DNA of 64,000 bases from an uncultured Candidatus Saccharibacteria bacterium (GCA_964576615.1 CAZNUU010000002.1:27428-91427), one strand, 5' to 3'; shown: positions 53,064 to 62,119, numbered from the stretch's first letter. Numbers and translations: made by a program. Notes: generated by a model from the sequence alone, not told the origin.

Positions 53064-53375
53064 TTACCATGTTCGGCCACCTCGATCTCCACCAAAACCT
53101 CCTCGATCACCTCTTGGAGCTCTTGGTTCCATTGGACGAGCTTCATTTACTGTAAGCTTGCGTCCTTCGAAATCTTGACCGTTCCACTTTGCAATTGCTT
53201 TTTCAGCATCTGCATCGTTAGTCATCTCGACGAAACCGAATCCTTTGGATCGGCCTGTCATTCTGTCCATGATAATTGTAGCTGAAGTAACCTCACCAAC
53301 TTGTGAGAAAGCATCTCGAAGAGCTGACTCATTTGTTGAGTAAGGAAGACCACCTACATATAACTTCTTTGCCAT
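53064..53375 (-). CDS. Glycine-rich RNA-binding protein (single RRM)
   Basis: RNP-1 KGFGFVEM and RNP-2 LYVGGL, Gly/Arg-rich tail. ~135-nt 5'-UTR region precedes it. Confidence 0.85.
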   Translation of the reverse strand: MAKKLYVGGLPYSTNESALRDAFSQVGEVTSATIIMDRMTGRSKGFGFVEMTNDADAEKAIAKWNGQDFEGRKLTVNEARPMEPRAPRGDRGGFGGDRGGRTW

Positions 53376-53510
53376 TAACTTTTTTCCTAGTCTCTATTTT
53401 TAAAACTGTAAGGCGACTAGCTGTCCCCTATTTCCTGCTTTCGCCAAAACCAGGGAGAAACTTACATTGAGACTAATACTACTTTAATCTTATAAATTGT
53501 CAATAGCTGG

Positions 53511-54191
53511 TTATTTCACTGTCACTGTTTTCATTATGACTAGCGAGACTGGTTTATCATTTGCGCCAGTTGGAAGATTTGCGATTTTATCTACGACATC
53601 CTGACCTGAAACAACTTTTCCGAAAATGGTGTAGCTATGAGGTAGTGGATAATCCGCTGTCATTATGAAAAATTGGCTGCCATTTGTATTTGGTCCTGCA
53701 TTTGCCATTGCCACAACTCCTTTTTTATACCCAGCTTGATATGAAGCTGTGCTAGGGTTTAGTTCATCCGGAAACTGATAGCCTGGACCACCCGTGCCAT
53801 TGCCGTTTGGGTCTCCACCCTGGATCATGAAGCCGTTTATTACCCTATGAAATGTTAGACCGTTATAAAAACCCTTATTTGCTAGGGTCACGAAGTTAAG
53901 GGCTGTATTTGGAGCATCACTATTATATGTTTCAAAGACAATTTTCCCGTAATTTGTTTCAATTGTGATCATATTTTTTATTTTATCTAATTTTACTTCG
54001 GTCGTACTCGCTTGAGCAGGAGTGGTGGTAGCGGTTGTACCCAAATTATCCTCAATTGTAGTTGTAGCATAAGAGTTACTACCATTAAGGATTTCATTTA
54101 TATTATTTGAGGAATTTTTATCACGAAATATATAATAACCGCCTGCAATCAGAATTATTATCACTACCAAACTAAGAATTATATTTTTCAT
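53511..54191 (-). CDS. Cyclophilin-type peptidyl-prolyl cis-trans isomerase, membrane-anchored
   Basis: FHRVINGFMIQGGDP. Start moved to ATG MKNIILSL (track start is TTG). Confidence 0.85.
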   Translation of the reverse strand: MKNIILSLVVIIILIAGGYYIFRDKNSSNNINEILNGSNSYATTTIEDNLGTTATTTPAQASTTEVKLDKIKNMITIETNYGKIVFETYNSDAPNTALNFVTLANKGFYNGLTFHRVINGFMIQGGDPNGNGTGGPGYQFPDELNPSTASYQAGYKKGVVAMANAGPNTNGSQFFIMTADYPLPHSYTIFGKVVSGQDVVDKIANLPTGANDKPVSLVIMKTVTVK

Positions 54192-54237
54192 AACTTTACT
54201 ATTATCTACCAATTCTATTTTCTGTCAAAATTCTGTG

Positions 54238-54324
54238 CGGAAAGGGCGAGATTCGAACTCGCGATACCAGTTACGGTACGCCGGTTTTCGAAACCGGTGC
54301 TTTAAACCACTCAGCCACCTTTCC
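54238..54324 (-). tRNA. tRNA-Ser (anticodon CGA), type II long variable arm
   Basis: GGAAAGG/CCTTTCC acceptor, anticodon loop TTCGAAA, variable arm CGTACCGTAACTGGTAT, T-arm GCGAG-TTCGAAT-CTCGC. Confidence 0.8.
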
Positions 54325-54504
54325 AGGATTTTAATATAACACAATATGATATATTAGATTTCATTGCGGAATTGGTTTAGTGGCAGAATGCAGCCTTCCT
54401 GAGGTTTTGGTTAGATGGGTATCTAACCAAAAAAGCTTTTGAGATAAAATTGAGTTTAGCGAAAGTTTTATCCAAAAGGTATACTGCTCCTGTAAGGAGG
54501 AGAC

Positions 54505-54575
54505 GCGAGTGTGGTTTAGTGGTAGAACTTGTGCTTCCCAAGCACAGGGCGCGGGTTCGATTCCCGCCACTCGCA
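54505..54575 (+). tRNA. tRNA-Gly (anticodon CCC)
   Basis: GCGAGTG/CACTCGC acceptor, anticodon stem-loop TGTGC-TTCCCAA-GCACA, T-arm GCGGG-TTCGATT-CCCGC. Confidence 0.8.
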
Positions 54576-54627
54576 CAAGGGATTCGATTCTCGCATTCCG
54601 CACAAGAAATCTTGTTATAATTAAAAA

Positions 54628-55047
54628 ATGGATGGAAATTTAGATAATAAACCCCAAGGAGCCGAAACAAGCCCAAGGCCAAAAGCAGAGCGATTAAAAG
54701 ATATTTTTTCATTGATCCAATCTGCCCCACCTGCAAGTACTGCCGAGGAAGCCTTTACTATTGTAAAGAAATCATTTGATGAAGTAGAAGAAAAAGAAGA
54801 AGGACCCAGGATGAGAACGGGCAGATTTGAGAGCATGATACCTTTTTCATTAGATACTGGTAAAGATATTCTCTACATTTGGTATATCGGCCACGTCTTA
54901 CTAATTGGGCATAATGGATCTATTGAGCTAAGAGAAAAAAGTGGAGGATTCGAAGGAGCTCACTCATTAGAGATGCCCAGATATGCTCGTAGACTTAAAA
55001 TAATAATTGACAAGCCTGGATCTGATAACAAAGGAGTGTGGGATTGA
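54628..55047 (+). CDS. Hypothetical protein
   Basis: 139 aa ORF starting right after the tRNA cluster. No recognisable motif. Confidence 0.35.
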   Translation: MDGNLDNKPQGAETSPRPKAERLKDIFSLIQSAPPASTAEEAFTIVKKSFDEVEEKEEGPRMRTGRFESMIPFSLDTGKDILYIWYIGHVLLIGHNGSIELREKSGGFEGAHSLEMPRYARRLKIIIDKPGSDNKGVWD

Positions 55048-55539
55048 CTAAACAATATCAACAACTACCGGCTTAACCACCTTCAAATAATCCTCCGACT
55101 TCATGCCTATCGAATATCTCCTATCTCCTGCATTAAAGATAATTCGCTCATTCGAGAGTACTGATTTATCACAGAAAACATCGAGTCCAAATAAATTTCC
55201 AAACGGCGGAACGCCCCCTGGCAAAACTCCACCTGTAATTTCTGAAACTTCTGGTTCAGTAGCAAAACGCAAATCACTCAATCCCAAATTATTTTTTATC
55301 TTGCTCACATCAAATCTTTTACCGCCTGACACAACAAACATGACAAACCTCTTGCCCTTGCCTGCTTCTTTAACCTTTACCACCAAAGCTTTCGCTCCCT
55401 GATCAATCGTATAGCCTGAGCGAACCTTGGATGCCTCCTCGCTGGTCCGCACTGGTTCATGCTCAAAGGTCTCAAATTGAATTTGATTTTCTGTGAGTAG
55501 TGATTTTATTTTCTCGACGACAGGATGATAATAATTCAT
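55048..55539 (-). CDS. ybaK: YbaK/ProX-type aminoacyl-tRNA deacylase
   Basis: 163 aa with the YbaK/ProX-fold motif ITGGVLPGGVPPFG. Terminator aaatggtggc..gccaccattt at 55566-55590. Confidence 0.65.
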   Translation of the reverse strand: MNYYHPVVEKIKSLLTENQIQFETFEHEPVRTSEEASKVRSGYTIDQGAKALVVKVKEAGKGKRFVMFVVSGGKRFDVSKIKNNLGLSDLRFATEPEVSEITGGVLPGGVPPFGNLFGLDVFCDKSVLSNERIIFNAGDRRYSIGMKSEDYLKVVKPVVVDIV

Positions 55540-55606
55540 TTCTTATTTATACAAGAAATGGTGGCTTGTGGCCACCATTTCTGATTAAACTTTTTTGACT
55601 ACAAAG

Positions 55607-56659
55607 TTATGGTGTGCCAATAACAGAAGCAACGTTATCGAATTCATTTGTTTCTACAATTTTGTTATCTGGATCAGTTGTAACCTTGGCTACAAATGAC
55701 ATCCCTGGCATATAAGTTATGCCCCAGTTGTCCCAAGTAAATGTCTTTGGTACACACTTACTTGTTGCATACGCTTCAGGAACGTCGAAGTCCTTTGAAG
55801 TACCGTTAACTACGATTCTAACTGGAAAACTAGTTAAGACAGTACTACCGAGATTACAAAATGTTGCTTGAACACCAGTAGATTTAAGCAGGACACTTCT
55901 TACTGACAAGTGGGCACCCGGCAAAACCGGCACGGATAGTGTCGAAGAAGCGTTCAGCGGGAATTGAGTCACATTTGTCTTGTAAACTCCGTTTGGATCG
56001 ATAAGAGCAATCGCGGTGAATGTTGAACCTGGGTCATAGTACAGTCCCCAAGTATCGTATTTCCAAGTGTCCGATGTACATGCTCCCGCTTTTTGGGCCC
56101 CGATTGCTTCAAAATCCCTGTTGATGCCGTTTAGTCTAATTCTGAATGGAGCTGTCGTTAGATCGGATGTACCCTGGTTACAGAAAGTTGCACTTACTCC
56201 ATTTGAATCCAGCACTAGATTGGTTACTGCAAGTTTTACACCCCCTGCTGGAACAGGAACTGAAGCTTGAGACTCCACTCTACAGCCATAAAGAGCCTGA
56301 AGTTTCATCCTTGTTATTGCTCCCGGAATGCCTGTCCCCTTGGAAAGACCGAATGGTGCGAGAACATCGTCCATATACTTCTCCTGGAAAGCTTTTACTG
56401 CAGCTCTGGTAGTCTTACCAAACTTACCAAACTCCGATGTATCAACACTGAATCCTTCCTTTGTCAGAGCAGCCTGAAGACTTAGTAGTTGTAATTGGTT
56501 TTGGGCATCATTTGCACTAGCCGCATCAATTTTTATTTTTATTTTAAAGTCCATGCATGACCCGCCTCCAGTGCTAACCCCCAAAGGTGCAGTTTGGGCA
56601 AAAGAAAAAGCCGGTACGGCCACAAGAAGCGACAAGCCTATTAATAACTTTTTAATCAT
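55607..56659 (-). CDS. Secreted protein: N-terminal peptidoglycan-binding domain + two tandem CARDB-like beta-sandwich repeats
   Basis: Signal peptide. PG_binding_1-like LQAALTKEGFSVDTSEFGKFGKTTRAAVKAFQ. Two ~105-aa internal repeats (…ATFCNQGTSDLT… and …ATFCNLGSTVLT…). Confidence 0.55.
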   Translation of the reverse strand: MIKKLLIGLSLLVAVPAFSFAQTAPLGVSTGGGSCMDFKIKIKIDAASANDAQNQLQLLSLQAALTKEGFSVDTSEFGKFGKTTRAAVKAFQEKYMDDVLAPFGLSKGTGIPGAITRMKLQALYGCRVESQASVPVPAGGVKLAVTNLVLDSNGVSATFCNQGTSDLTTAPFRIRLNGINRDFEAIGAQKAGACTSDTWKYDTWGLYYDPGSTFTAIALIDPNGVYKTNVTQFPLNASSTLSVPVLPGAHLSVRSVLLKSTGVQATFCNLGSTVLTSFPVRIVVNGTSKDFDVPEAYATSKCVPKTFTWDNWGITYMPGMSFVAKVTTDPDNKIVETNEFDNVASVIGTP

Positions 56660-56748
56660 AAATAAATCTCTTAATTAACTATTAAATAACCTTCATTTAA
56701 TTATAAAACAAATTTTGGGCTGTGGTAACACCGTTGTGGATAGCAAAT

Positions 56749-57681
56749 TTACTTAATTCTACAGAGGTTTTTTAACTCCAAAATATCTGTAGCAGTCGGT
56801 CTTTCGTTAATACCATTGTTCAATTCATACATAATAGCCTTGGGATCTTGGTTATGGTCGAGCCCCAAAGCATGTCCCAGCTCGTGAGCTAAGACTCTCA
56901 CCAGTTTTGTCCTTGATTCAAACTGAAAAATATCAATTTCTTGTCCTGACGAGTCACTTTTGTATAACCCCTCCTCAAACTCACCGCCAAGGGAAGACCC
57001 GACTGTGTTGTATTGCTTAACATCAATATTGAGTGTCGTAGCAAGTTGATTTAATGTAACTGCCAATGCATTAATATTATCTACTTCCTGATTAAGCTGC
57101 GTCTGAATTTGGTTCAATTGGTTAGCCTCTTGGTTTATTGCATCTCTTTCCGCGCTTAGTTTGGCATACTCGTCTTTAGTTGCACCGCCCCGCCTGTTTA
57201 TTTGAGTGACTTCTTGTTCATAAGCTTGTTTCCTTTGGTTAAAATCTGCAACCTTTTGTTCAAAAAGGTTTTTGGCTGAATTATAGTTAGACATTTCGCT
57301 GTCATATTTTGCTTTTAGCTCATCGTACGAGCTCCTAGTATTTTTAACCACAATTCCCATTTGACCTAAAGTAACTGTAGCCTGCTGGCGATTGTCGTAA
57401 ATTAGATTTACCTTAAGTGAGCCATTCGGATTGTACTCAAAAAGATTTTTGTTAACGGGGGTTTCCCAGATTTTCTCCGCATCAGCTAGGGCCGAAAGGA
57501 AATCAGTCTTGGAAATTCCAAATCTAGTATCAAACGTACCCAAACTATACTCAATCGGACTTGTACATGGAAAAAATTTTGATTTCAAAATAACATAAGC
57601 ATTTTCAAGCTGTGGTTTAAAAATAACAACCACAACCAAGAGCACAGTTATAGCAAAAATATTTTTTGCAAAGTTAGACAT
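56749..57681 (-). CDS. Membrane-anchored metzincin zinc metalloprotease (matrixin-like) with coiled-coil stalk
   Basis: HELGHALGLDHNQDPKAIMY, i.e. HExxHxxGxxH plus Met-turn. N-terminal TM. Confidence 0.7.
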   Translation of the reverse strand: MSNFAKNIFAITVLLVVVVIFKPQLENAYVILKSKFFPCTSPIEYSLGTFDTRFGISKTDFLSALADAEKIWETPVNKNLFEYNPNGSLKVNLIYDNRQQATVTLGQMGIVVKNTRSSYDELKAKYDSEMSNYNSAKNLFEQKVADFNQRKQAYEQEVTQINRRGGATKDEYAKLSAERDAINQEANQLNQIQTQLNQEVDNINALAVTLNQLATTLNIDVKQYNTVGSSLGGEFEEGLYKSDSSGQEIDIFQFESRTKLVRVLAHELGHALGLDHNQDPKAIMYELNNGINERPTATDILELKNLCRIK

Positions 57682-57738
57682 GAATATAATTATACCAAAA
57701 CCAAGATATCGTTCTTTGCAAAAATGTCGTCAAAACTT

Positions 57739-58569
57739 TTATTTATTCCTCAAATTTTTATCTAGTGTATTACCTTTTTCATCTTTCCAAGCAGTCCAGC
57801 CGTTTATTGGACTCCCAGTAATTGTTGCAGCAGCTGCAGAAGGGCTCTTAAAAATTATATTCCTTAAAAATAAATACGAACTACCGTCATTGTTATCAAT
57901 CATTGTTCCATCTTCAAGATAACTCGCTCTCGCAGCCTTTGCCCATCCTGCAAAAGCAACTGTTTCTCTTTTTCTTGCCAATGAATGCTTCAATACATTT
58001 ATACTACCATCGTTTAATAACTGTGCTTTAGCATCAATACCTTCCCCTTTTAAGTAGTAGAATTTTTCGTCTGATATTGAGTCTTCGATACTATCAAAAA
58101 TATGATACCCGAAAGTTGAAAAGATTTTCTTTACACCATCAAGATATCTTTCGTTTTTTATGCGATCGAATTCGTTCTTAGCCTCTTCTCTTGGTTGTGT
58201 CGCATTTTTTACCACATATCTTTTAGCCTTTCTAGATAACTTCGCAGATATTGATTCAAGATAGTTTCTATCAGGAGGATTCAAAAAAATGAATGCCTGA
58301 TTCCAATAATCTTTTTCTGCATCATGAGACTCGAGTCGATTCGCACAATCACTAGATTCTCCGATATACACTAGCTGATTGCCTGTCTGTTTATCCTCAC
58401 CGAACAAGAAGTACAACCCTGAGGCTTGTATCTCCGGCCTCTCCTTCAGAGAGCCTATCTCAGTCCTTGGAACAATAATCGCTCTGCCGTCCCATCCAGT
58501 TAACTCAATAACTTTTATCCCATTAGGATCCCCTTTTGGAAAGATGAGCTGCATTACAAAAGACTCCAT
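57739..58569 (-). CDS. GIY-YIG nuclease domain protein with C-terminal DUF4357-like domain
   Basis: GLYFLFGE...VYIGES..R..H GIY-YIG motifs. C-terminal tail ...GSPINGWTAWKDEKGNTLD. Confidence 0.55.
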   Translation of the reverse strand: MESFVMQLIFPKGDPNGIKVIELTGWDGRAIIVPRTEIGSLKERPEIQASGLYFLFGEDKQTGNQLVYIGESSDCANRLESHDAEKDYWNQAFIFLNPPDRNYLESISAKLSRKAKRYVVKNATQPREEAKNEFDRIKNERYLDGVKKIFSTFGYHIFDSIEDSISDEKFYYLKGEGIDAKAQLLNDGSINVLKHSLARKRETVAFAGWAKAARASYLEDGTMIDNNDGSSYLFLRNIIFKSPSAAAATITGSPINGWTAWKDEKGNTLDKNLRNK

Positions 58570-58785
58570 CTCGCTATTAGATCACAGAATTAACCTCGCT
58601 GCAAAATATCTGACACATAATTTTTGGTTGCGGAAACGAAGGGATTCGAAACTTACAGTTTCAGTACCCCAATTGGATATAATATTTCGCTTTGCTTATA
58701 TTATATCTCAATCGGGCTTCGAATCCCCACAGAAGCTACGCCCATAGCTTCCTCCTAAAATTTAACTTCGTTAAATTTTTTCCTG

Positions 58786-58872
58786 CGGAAACGAAGGGAT
58801 TCGAACCCTTGAAGGAGTTGCCCCCTTACCCGCTTTCCAAGCGAGCGCACTAGACCTCTATGCGACGTTTCC
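58786..58872 (-). tRNA. tRNA-Ser (anticodon GGA), type II
   Basis: GGAAACG/CGTTTCC acceptor, anticodon loop TTGGAAA, long variable arm, T-arm AAGGG-TTCGAAT-CCCTT. Confidence 0.8.
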
Positions 58873-59559
58873 TTATTTCGTCTTATATCCTAACGCATAT
58901 TCATAAAGGACTGACCACAGCATACCCAAGCAGAAAGAAAAAACAAATTCCTCTATTGGTAAACCAAAGTATAAGTGTGGCCAAAAGTTCTTTAAGTTAT
59001 AGAAAGTAATTATATATTTTGGGAAGGCAAATAGAAATACCTGGAAAAGTAGAACGTAAACAAGCATGAACAAAAAGCCTCCAAGAAACATTTGTTTGAT
59101 GAGGTCCTTTCTGCAATAAGCCATAATTCCACAAATAAACATTATTACAGCTATGACCCCAAGTATTGGTTTTATCGGATAGACAAAAGCTGTACCGGCG
59201 TATATCAACATGCCACCCAAAAATGCGAAAAAGTGATGTTTTTTATCTCTCTTTATCTTAATCTCTTTTTTATTCTCTACGAATTCAAAAAGAACCGCCG
59301 CAATTCCACCTCCAAAAAACCAGACAATAAAATCATCCAGAGAAAACCCGACCTTATGAACTAAATCGAAAAGAAAAGGTGGATTCCAATAATATGGCAC
59401 CCAAACAAATTCAGAAGTCGCAGCAAGCACTGCGGCAATAACCCCACCAAACAACATTTCCTTTCGTAAATCCTTTCTGATAAGAAATATTGGAAACCAA
59501 ACGATAAAAAAGATTGGTGCACCAAAAACATAAGCATAACTAAACAAAATATCGTACAT
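58873..59559 (-). CDS. Polytopic membrane protein, possibly lycopene-cyclase-domain family
   Basis: 228 aa, ~7 TM. Two internal repeats with acidic motifs (SEFVWVPYYW, PIEEFVFSF). Tentative. Confidence 0.35.
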   Translation of the reverse strand: MYDILFSYAYVFGAPIFFIVWFPIFLIRKDLRKEMLFGGVIAAVLAATSEFVWVPYYWNPPFLFDLVHKVGFSLDDFIVWFFGGGIAAVLFEFVENKKEIKIKRDKKHHFFAFLGGMLIYAGTAFVYPIKPILGVIAVIMFICGIMAYCRKDLIKQMFLGGFLFMLVYVLLFQVFLFAFPKYIITFYNLKNFWPHLYFGLPIEEFVFSFCLGMLWSVLYEYALGYKTK

Positions 59560-59560
59560 A

Positions 59561-60046
59561 CTAGTGATTTCTAGATTTCAAAATTTTATCAATTTGCTCC
59601 AATTCCCACAAAAGCCCTCCTATCAAATCATATTTTTTAGCTTCTTCAAAACTTACCCAGGCAAAATCAGTCGCATCGTTATCGACAACAACTTCTCCAG
59701 ATAGATGTTTTGCAAAGTAGGTGAAACCTAGAACGGGAATACCATCTGGAGTAACGAAGGTGAAATCTTGTGAAAATTCTGGTTTATCGATCTCCAAATT
59801 TGTTTCCTCCTTTATCTCTCGTCTTAAAGATTTTTCAAGTGCCCCATACCATTGCTTACCATCAGTTGAGTAAGGACCATGAATATAATCATCCGCAGAA
59901 AGTCCGCCACCAGGGAAACACCATTTACCTGGCTGAACTTTTTTCTCGAGGGATCTTTTTACAATTAAATAAATTGGCCCAGGTTTGTAAACCACCGTGG
60001 TAGTCACTACCCGATGTAATTCCTTGTTCTTTATTTTGGGAACCAT
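59561..60046 (-). CDS. Nudix hydrolase
   Basis: Nudix box GGGLSADDY...REIKEETNLEI. Confidence 0.7.
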   Translation of the reverse strand: MVPKIKNKELHRVVTTTVVYKPGPIYLIVKRSLEKKVQPGKWCFPGGGLSADDYIHGPYSTDGKQWYGALEKSLRREIKEETNLEIDKPEFSQDFTFVTPDGIPVLGFTYFAKHLSGEVVVDNDATDFAWVSFEEAKKYDLIGGLLWELEQIDKILKSRNH

Positions 60047-60528
60047 TATTTTTTCCTAGATTTTATGATTTCGCTTACATCTCTCAGTTCATCCCAAATA
60101 CCATCAATTAGATCATACTTTTTGGCTTCCTCTAGAGTAACCCATTTAGCATCAGTTAAATCCTTGCCTAGTTTAGCTTCACCAGATTTGTAATGTGCCC
60201 AATAAGACAGCGTAACCACTGGAAAACCGTCCGGGCGAACGAAGATGAGGTCGCAAAGGTATTCTGGTTTTTCTATCTCCAAATTCGCTTCTTCTTTTAT
60301 TTCTTTTTTCAAAACCCACTCGATCACGTTATACCATTGAGGTGCTTTCTCAGAAGTGCGCGGAAGCTTAGAGTATTCTTTATAAACTACTTTTCCCCCA
60401 GGCACAGTCCACATATTAGGAAAAGCTATTTCGTGTGCTGCACGCTTCATGATAAGAAATTTATCCCCCTTCACTACTATTCCAGTGACTACCACAAAGT
60501 GCACACGAGGATCAGCTGGTTCAATCAT
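60046..60528 (-). CDS. Nudix hydrolase (tandem paralog; stop overlaps next start, TAATG)
   Basis: Nudix box PGGKVVYKEY...KKEIKEEANLEI. ~40% identical to its neighbour, with the same C-terminal KKYDLI(D/G)G..EL motif. Confidence 0.7.
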   Translation of the reverse strand: MIEPADPRVHFVVVTGIVVKGDKFLIMKRAAHEIAFPNMWTVPGGKVVYKEYSKLPRTSEKAPQWYNVIEWVLKKEIKEEANLEIEKPEYLCDLIFVRPDGFPVVTLSYWAHYKSGEAKLGKDLTDAKWVTLEEAKKYDLIDGIWDELRDVSEIIKSRKK

Positions 60529-60537
60529 GGAAATATT

Positions 60538-61134
60538 TTACTCCCCTAACTGCGAATATGCTACTACTCTATTGCGACCCGAATTTTTAGCCTTATAAAG
60601 TGCCTGATCTGCCCTCTCCAGTATTGCTTTTTGATCTAGACCTTCGTCGAAACTAGAAATTCCCGCACTGACTGTTACAGAAATATTTTCTTTGCCCTCA
60701 AATTTGAAATCCTCAACCGCCACTCTTATCTCATCTGCCTTTATCTTGGCATGCTCCTCGTTTGCACCTAAAAGCAGGACTGCGATCTCTTCGCCACCCC
60801 AACGTGCCACAATATCCTTAGCTCGAACATGACTTTCAATAATCTTTGCAACACCTTTCAAAACTTCATCACCGACGAGATGTCCGTATGTGTCGTTTAT
60901 TTTTTTAAAATGATCAATGTCAAAGAAAATCAAACTAAAATCAGATGATGTTAGCAGTTCCTTTCTTTTTTCGTCTTTATTTTTAGAAGAATCTAAATAC
61001 TCCTGTGATTTTTCCTCAAAAAAAGCCTTCGTTTTGAGAGAAGTAAGTTTGTCGTGAATCAACTCTTTTTCCAAAGAAGAAATTTTTTCCTCTAATTCTT
61101 TTATCCTACTTAGTAATTCAGCAGTGCTGCCCAT
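60538..61134 (-). CDS. GGDEF diguanylate cyclase with N-terminal coiled coil (GGEEI active-site variant)
   Basis: FFDIDHFKKINDTYGHLVGDEVL and RWGGEEIAVLL. Confidence 0.8.
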   Translation of the reverse strand: MGSTAELLSRIKELEEKISSLEKELIHDKLTSLKTKAFFEEKSQEYLDSSKNKDEKRKELLTSSDFSLIFFDIDHFKKINDTYGHLVGDEVLKGVAKIIESHVRAKDIVARWGGEEIAVLLLGANEEHAKIKADEIRVAVEDFKFEGKENISVTVSAGISSFDEGLDQKAILERADQALYKAKNSGRNRVVAYSQLGE

Positions 61135-61143
61135 GTGATTATT

Positions 61144-62007
61144 CTACCACCCACCAGAAGATCCCCCACCCCCAGATCCGCCGCCCCCAAAGCCACCAAA
61201 CCCCCCGCCGCCGGATCCAAAACCTCCACCGCCTCCAGTAAAGAACCACCACCCTCGACTTCCTGACTTTTTATACCTTTCATACGATCTAGATACGAGG
61301 AAATCTAGTAGCAGGCCGAGAAGAACAAAAAAAATAAGCAAAATTCCACCAAAGAATAGTGCTAGACCTAAAGCCCATGCGACCACAAACCCGACCACAC
61401 CTCCAACGATTCCACCTCCCCACCAAGATTTTGACCTAGCCAGGATCGATGTGATTATTTGAAAAGCAAAAATTGAAAAGAAAATAATAAACTGCAAAAC
61501 CCCAGAATTTGATTTGGAATAATTCTCTGGCACAATCTCCGTGCCACCCAAAGCGGAAATCATTTTATCCACCGCGCCATTTATTCCTCCATAGTAGTCC
61601 CCTTGTCGAAAGGCTGGAGCAATAATGTCACTTTGAATATACGATGTGCCGATGTCTGTTAGATCTCCTTCTACGCCATAGCCAGTATGGATCCTAGTTT
61701 TTCTATCAGAGAGAGAAATGAGAAGCAGTACTCCATTATTTTTGTCTTTTTTTCCTATACCCCATTTTGTAAAGATATTTTGAGCAACGTTTTCTATTGT
61801 GTCACCGTCGAGCGATGGAATTGTTACAACTGCTATTTCGTTTGTACTTTGTCTTTCATAGTTTTCTAGTTTTGCCTCGAGCGTAGAAACTTGCTCAGAA
61901 GTCAGCATCTTCGCGTAATCCTGAACAAATCCAGTTGGACGAGTCGGCACAGTAAAAGCCATTGCTACCGTAGGCAGAAGTAGAAGTGGAATTAGGAGTT
62001 TTTTCAT
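61144..62007 (-). CDS. TPM-domain (YgcG-like) protein with Gly-rich C-terminal tail
   Basis: Signal peptide, TPM/DUF477 core, TM, tail GGGGGFGSGGGGFGGFGGGGSGGGGSSGGW. Confidence 0.75.
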   Translation of the reverse strand: MKKLLIPLLLLPTVAMAFTVPTRPTGFVQDYAKMLTSEQVSTLEAKLENYERQSTNEIAVVTIPSLDGDTIENVAQNIFTKWGIGKKDKNNGVLLLISLSDRKTRIHTGYGVEGDLTDIGTSYIQSDIIAPAFRQGDYYGGINGAVDKMISALGGTEIVPENYSKSNSGVLQFIIFFSIFAFQIITSILARSKSWWGGGIVGGVVGFVVAWALGLALFFGGILLIFFVLLGLLLDFLVSRSYERYKKSGSRGWWFFTGGGGGFGSGGGGFGGFGGGGSGGGGSSGGW

Positions 62008-62027
62008 AATTTATTCTCGAGCCATGT

Positions 62028-62108
62028 CTTGAAGAGAGACTTGCGAGCGCGACTGGCGCGAGCACGAGGAAAATTTTAGCAAAAATTTATCCGTGCTCTC
62101 TGAGAGAT
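62028..62108. repeat. Repeat family B, copy 3, flanked by 10-bp inverted repeat attctcgagc / gctcgagaat
   Basis: Reverse complement aligns to 3284-3356 (gagcacggata..tttttgct.aaaattttcctcgtgctcgcgccagtcgcgctc). Confidence 0.85.
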
Positions 62109-62119
62109 ATGCTCGAGAA

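Noticed and set aside
54361-54736. Track ORFs 54361..54603 and 54377..54736
   Set aside because: They overlap tRNA-Gly and the tRNA-like half fragments. The RNA-gene interpretation explains the sequence better.
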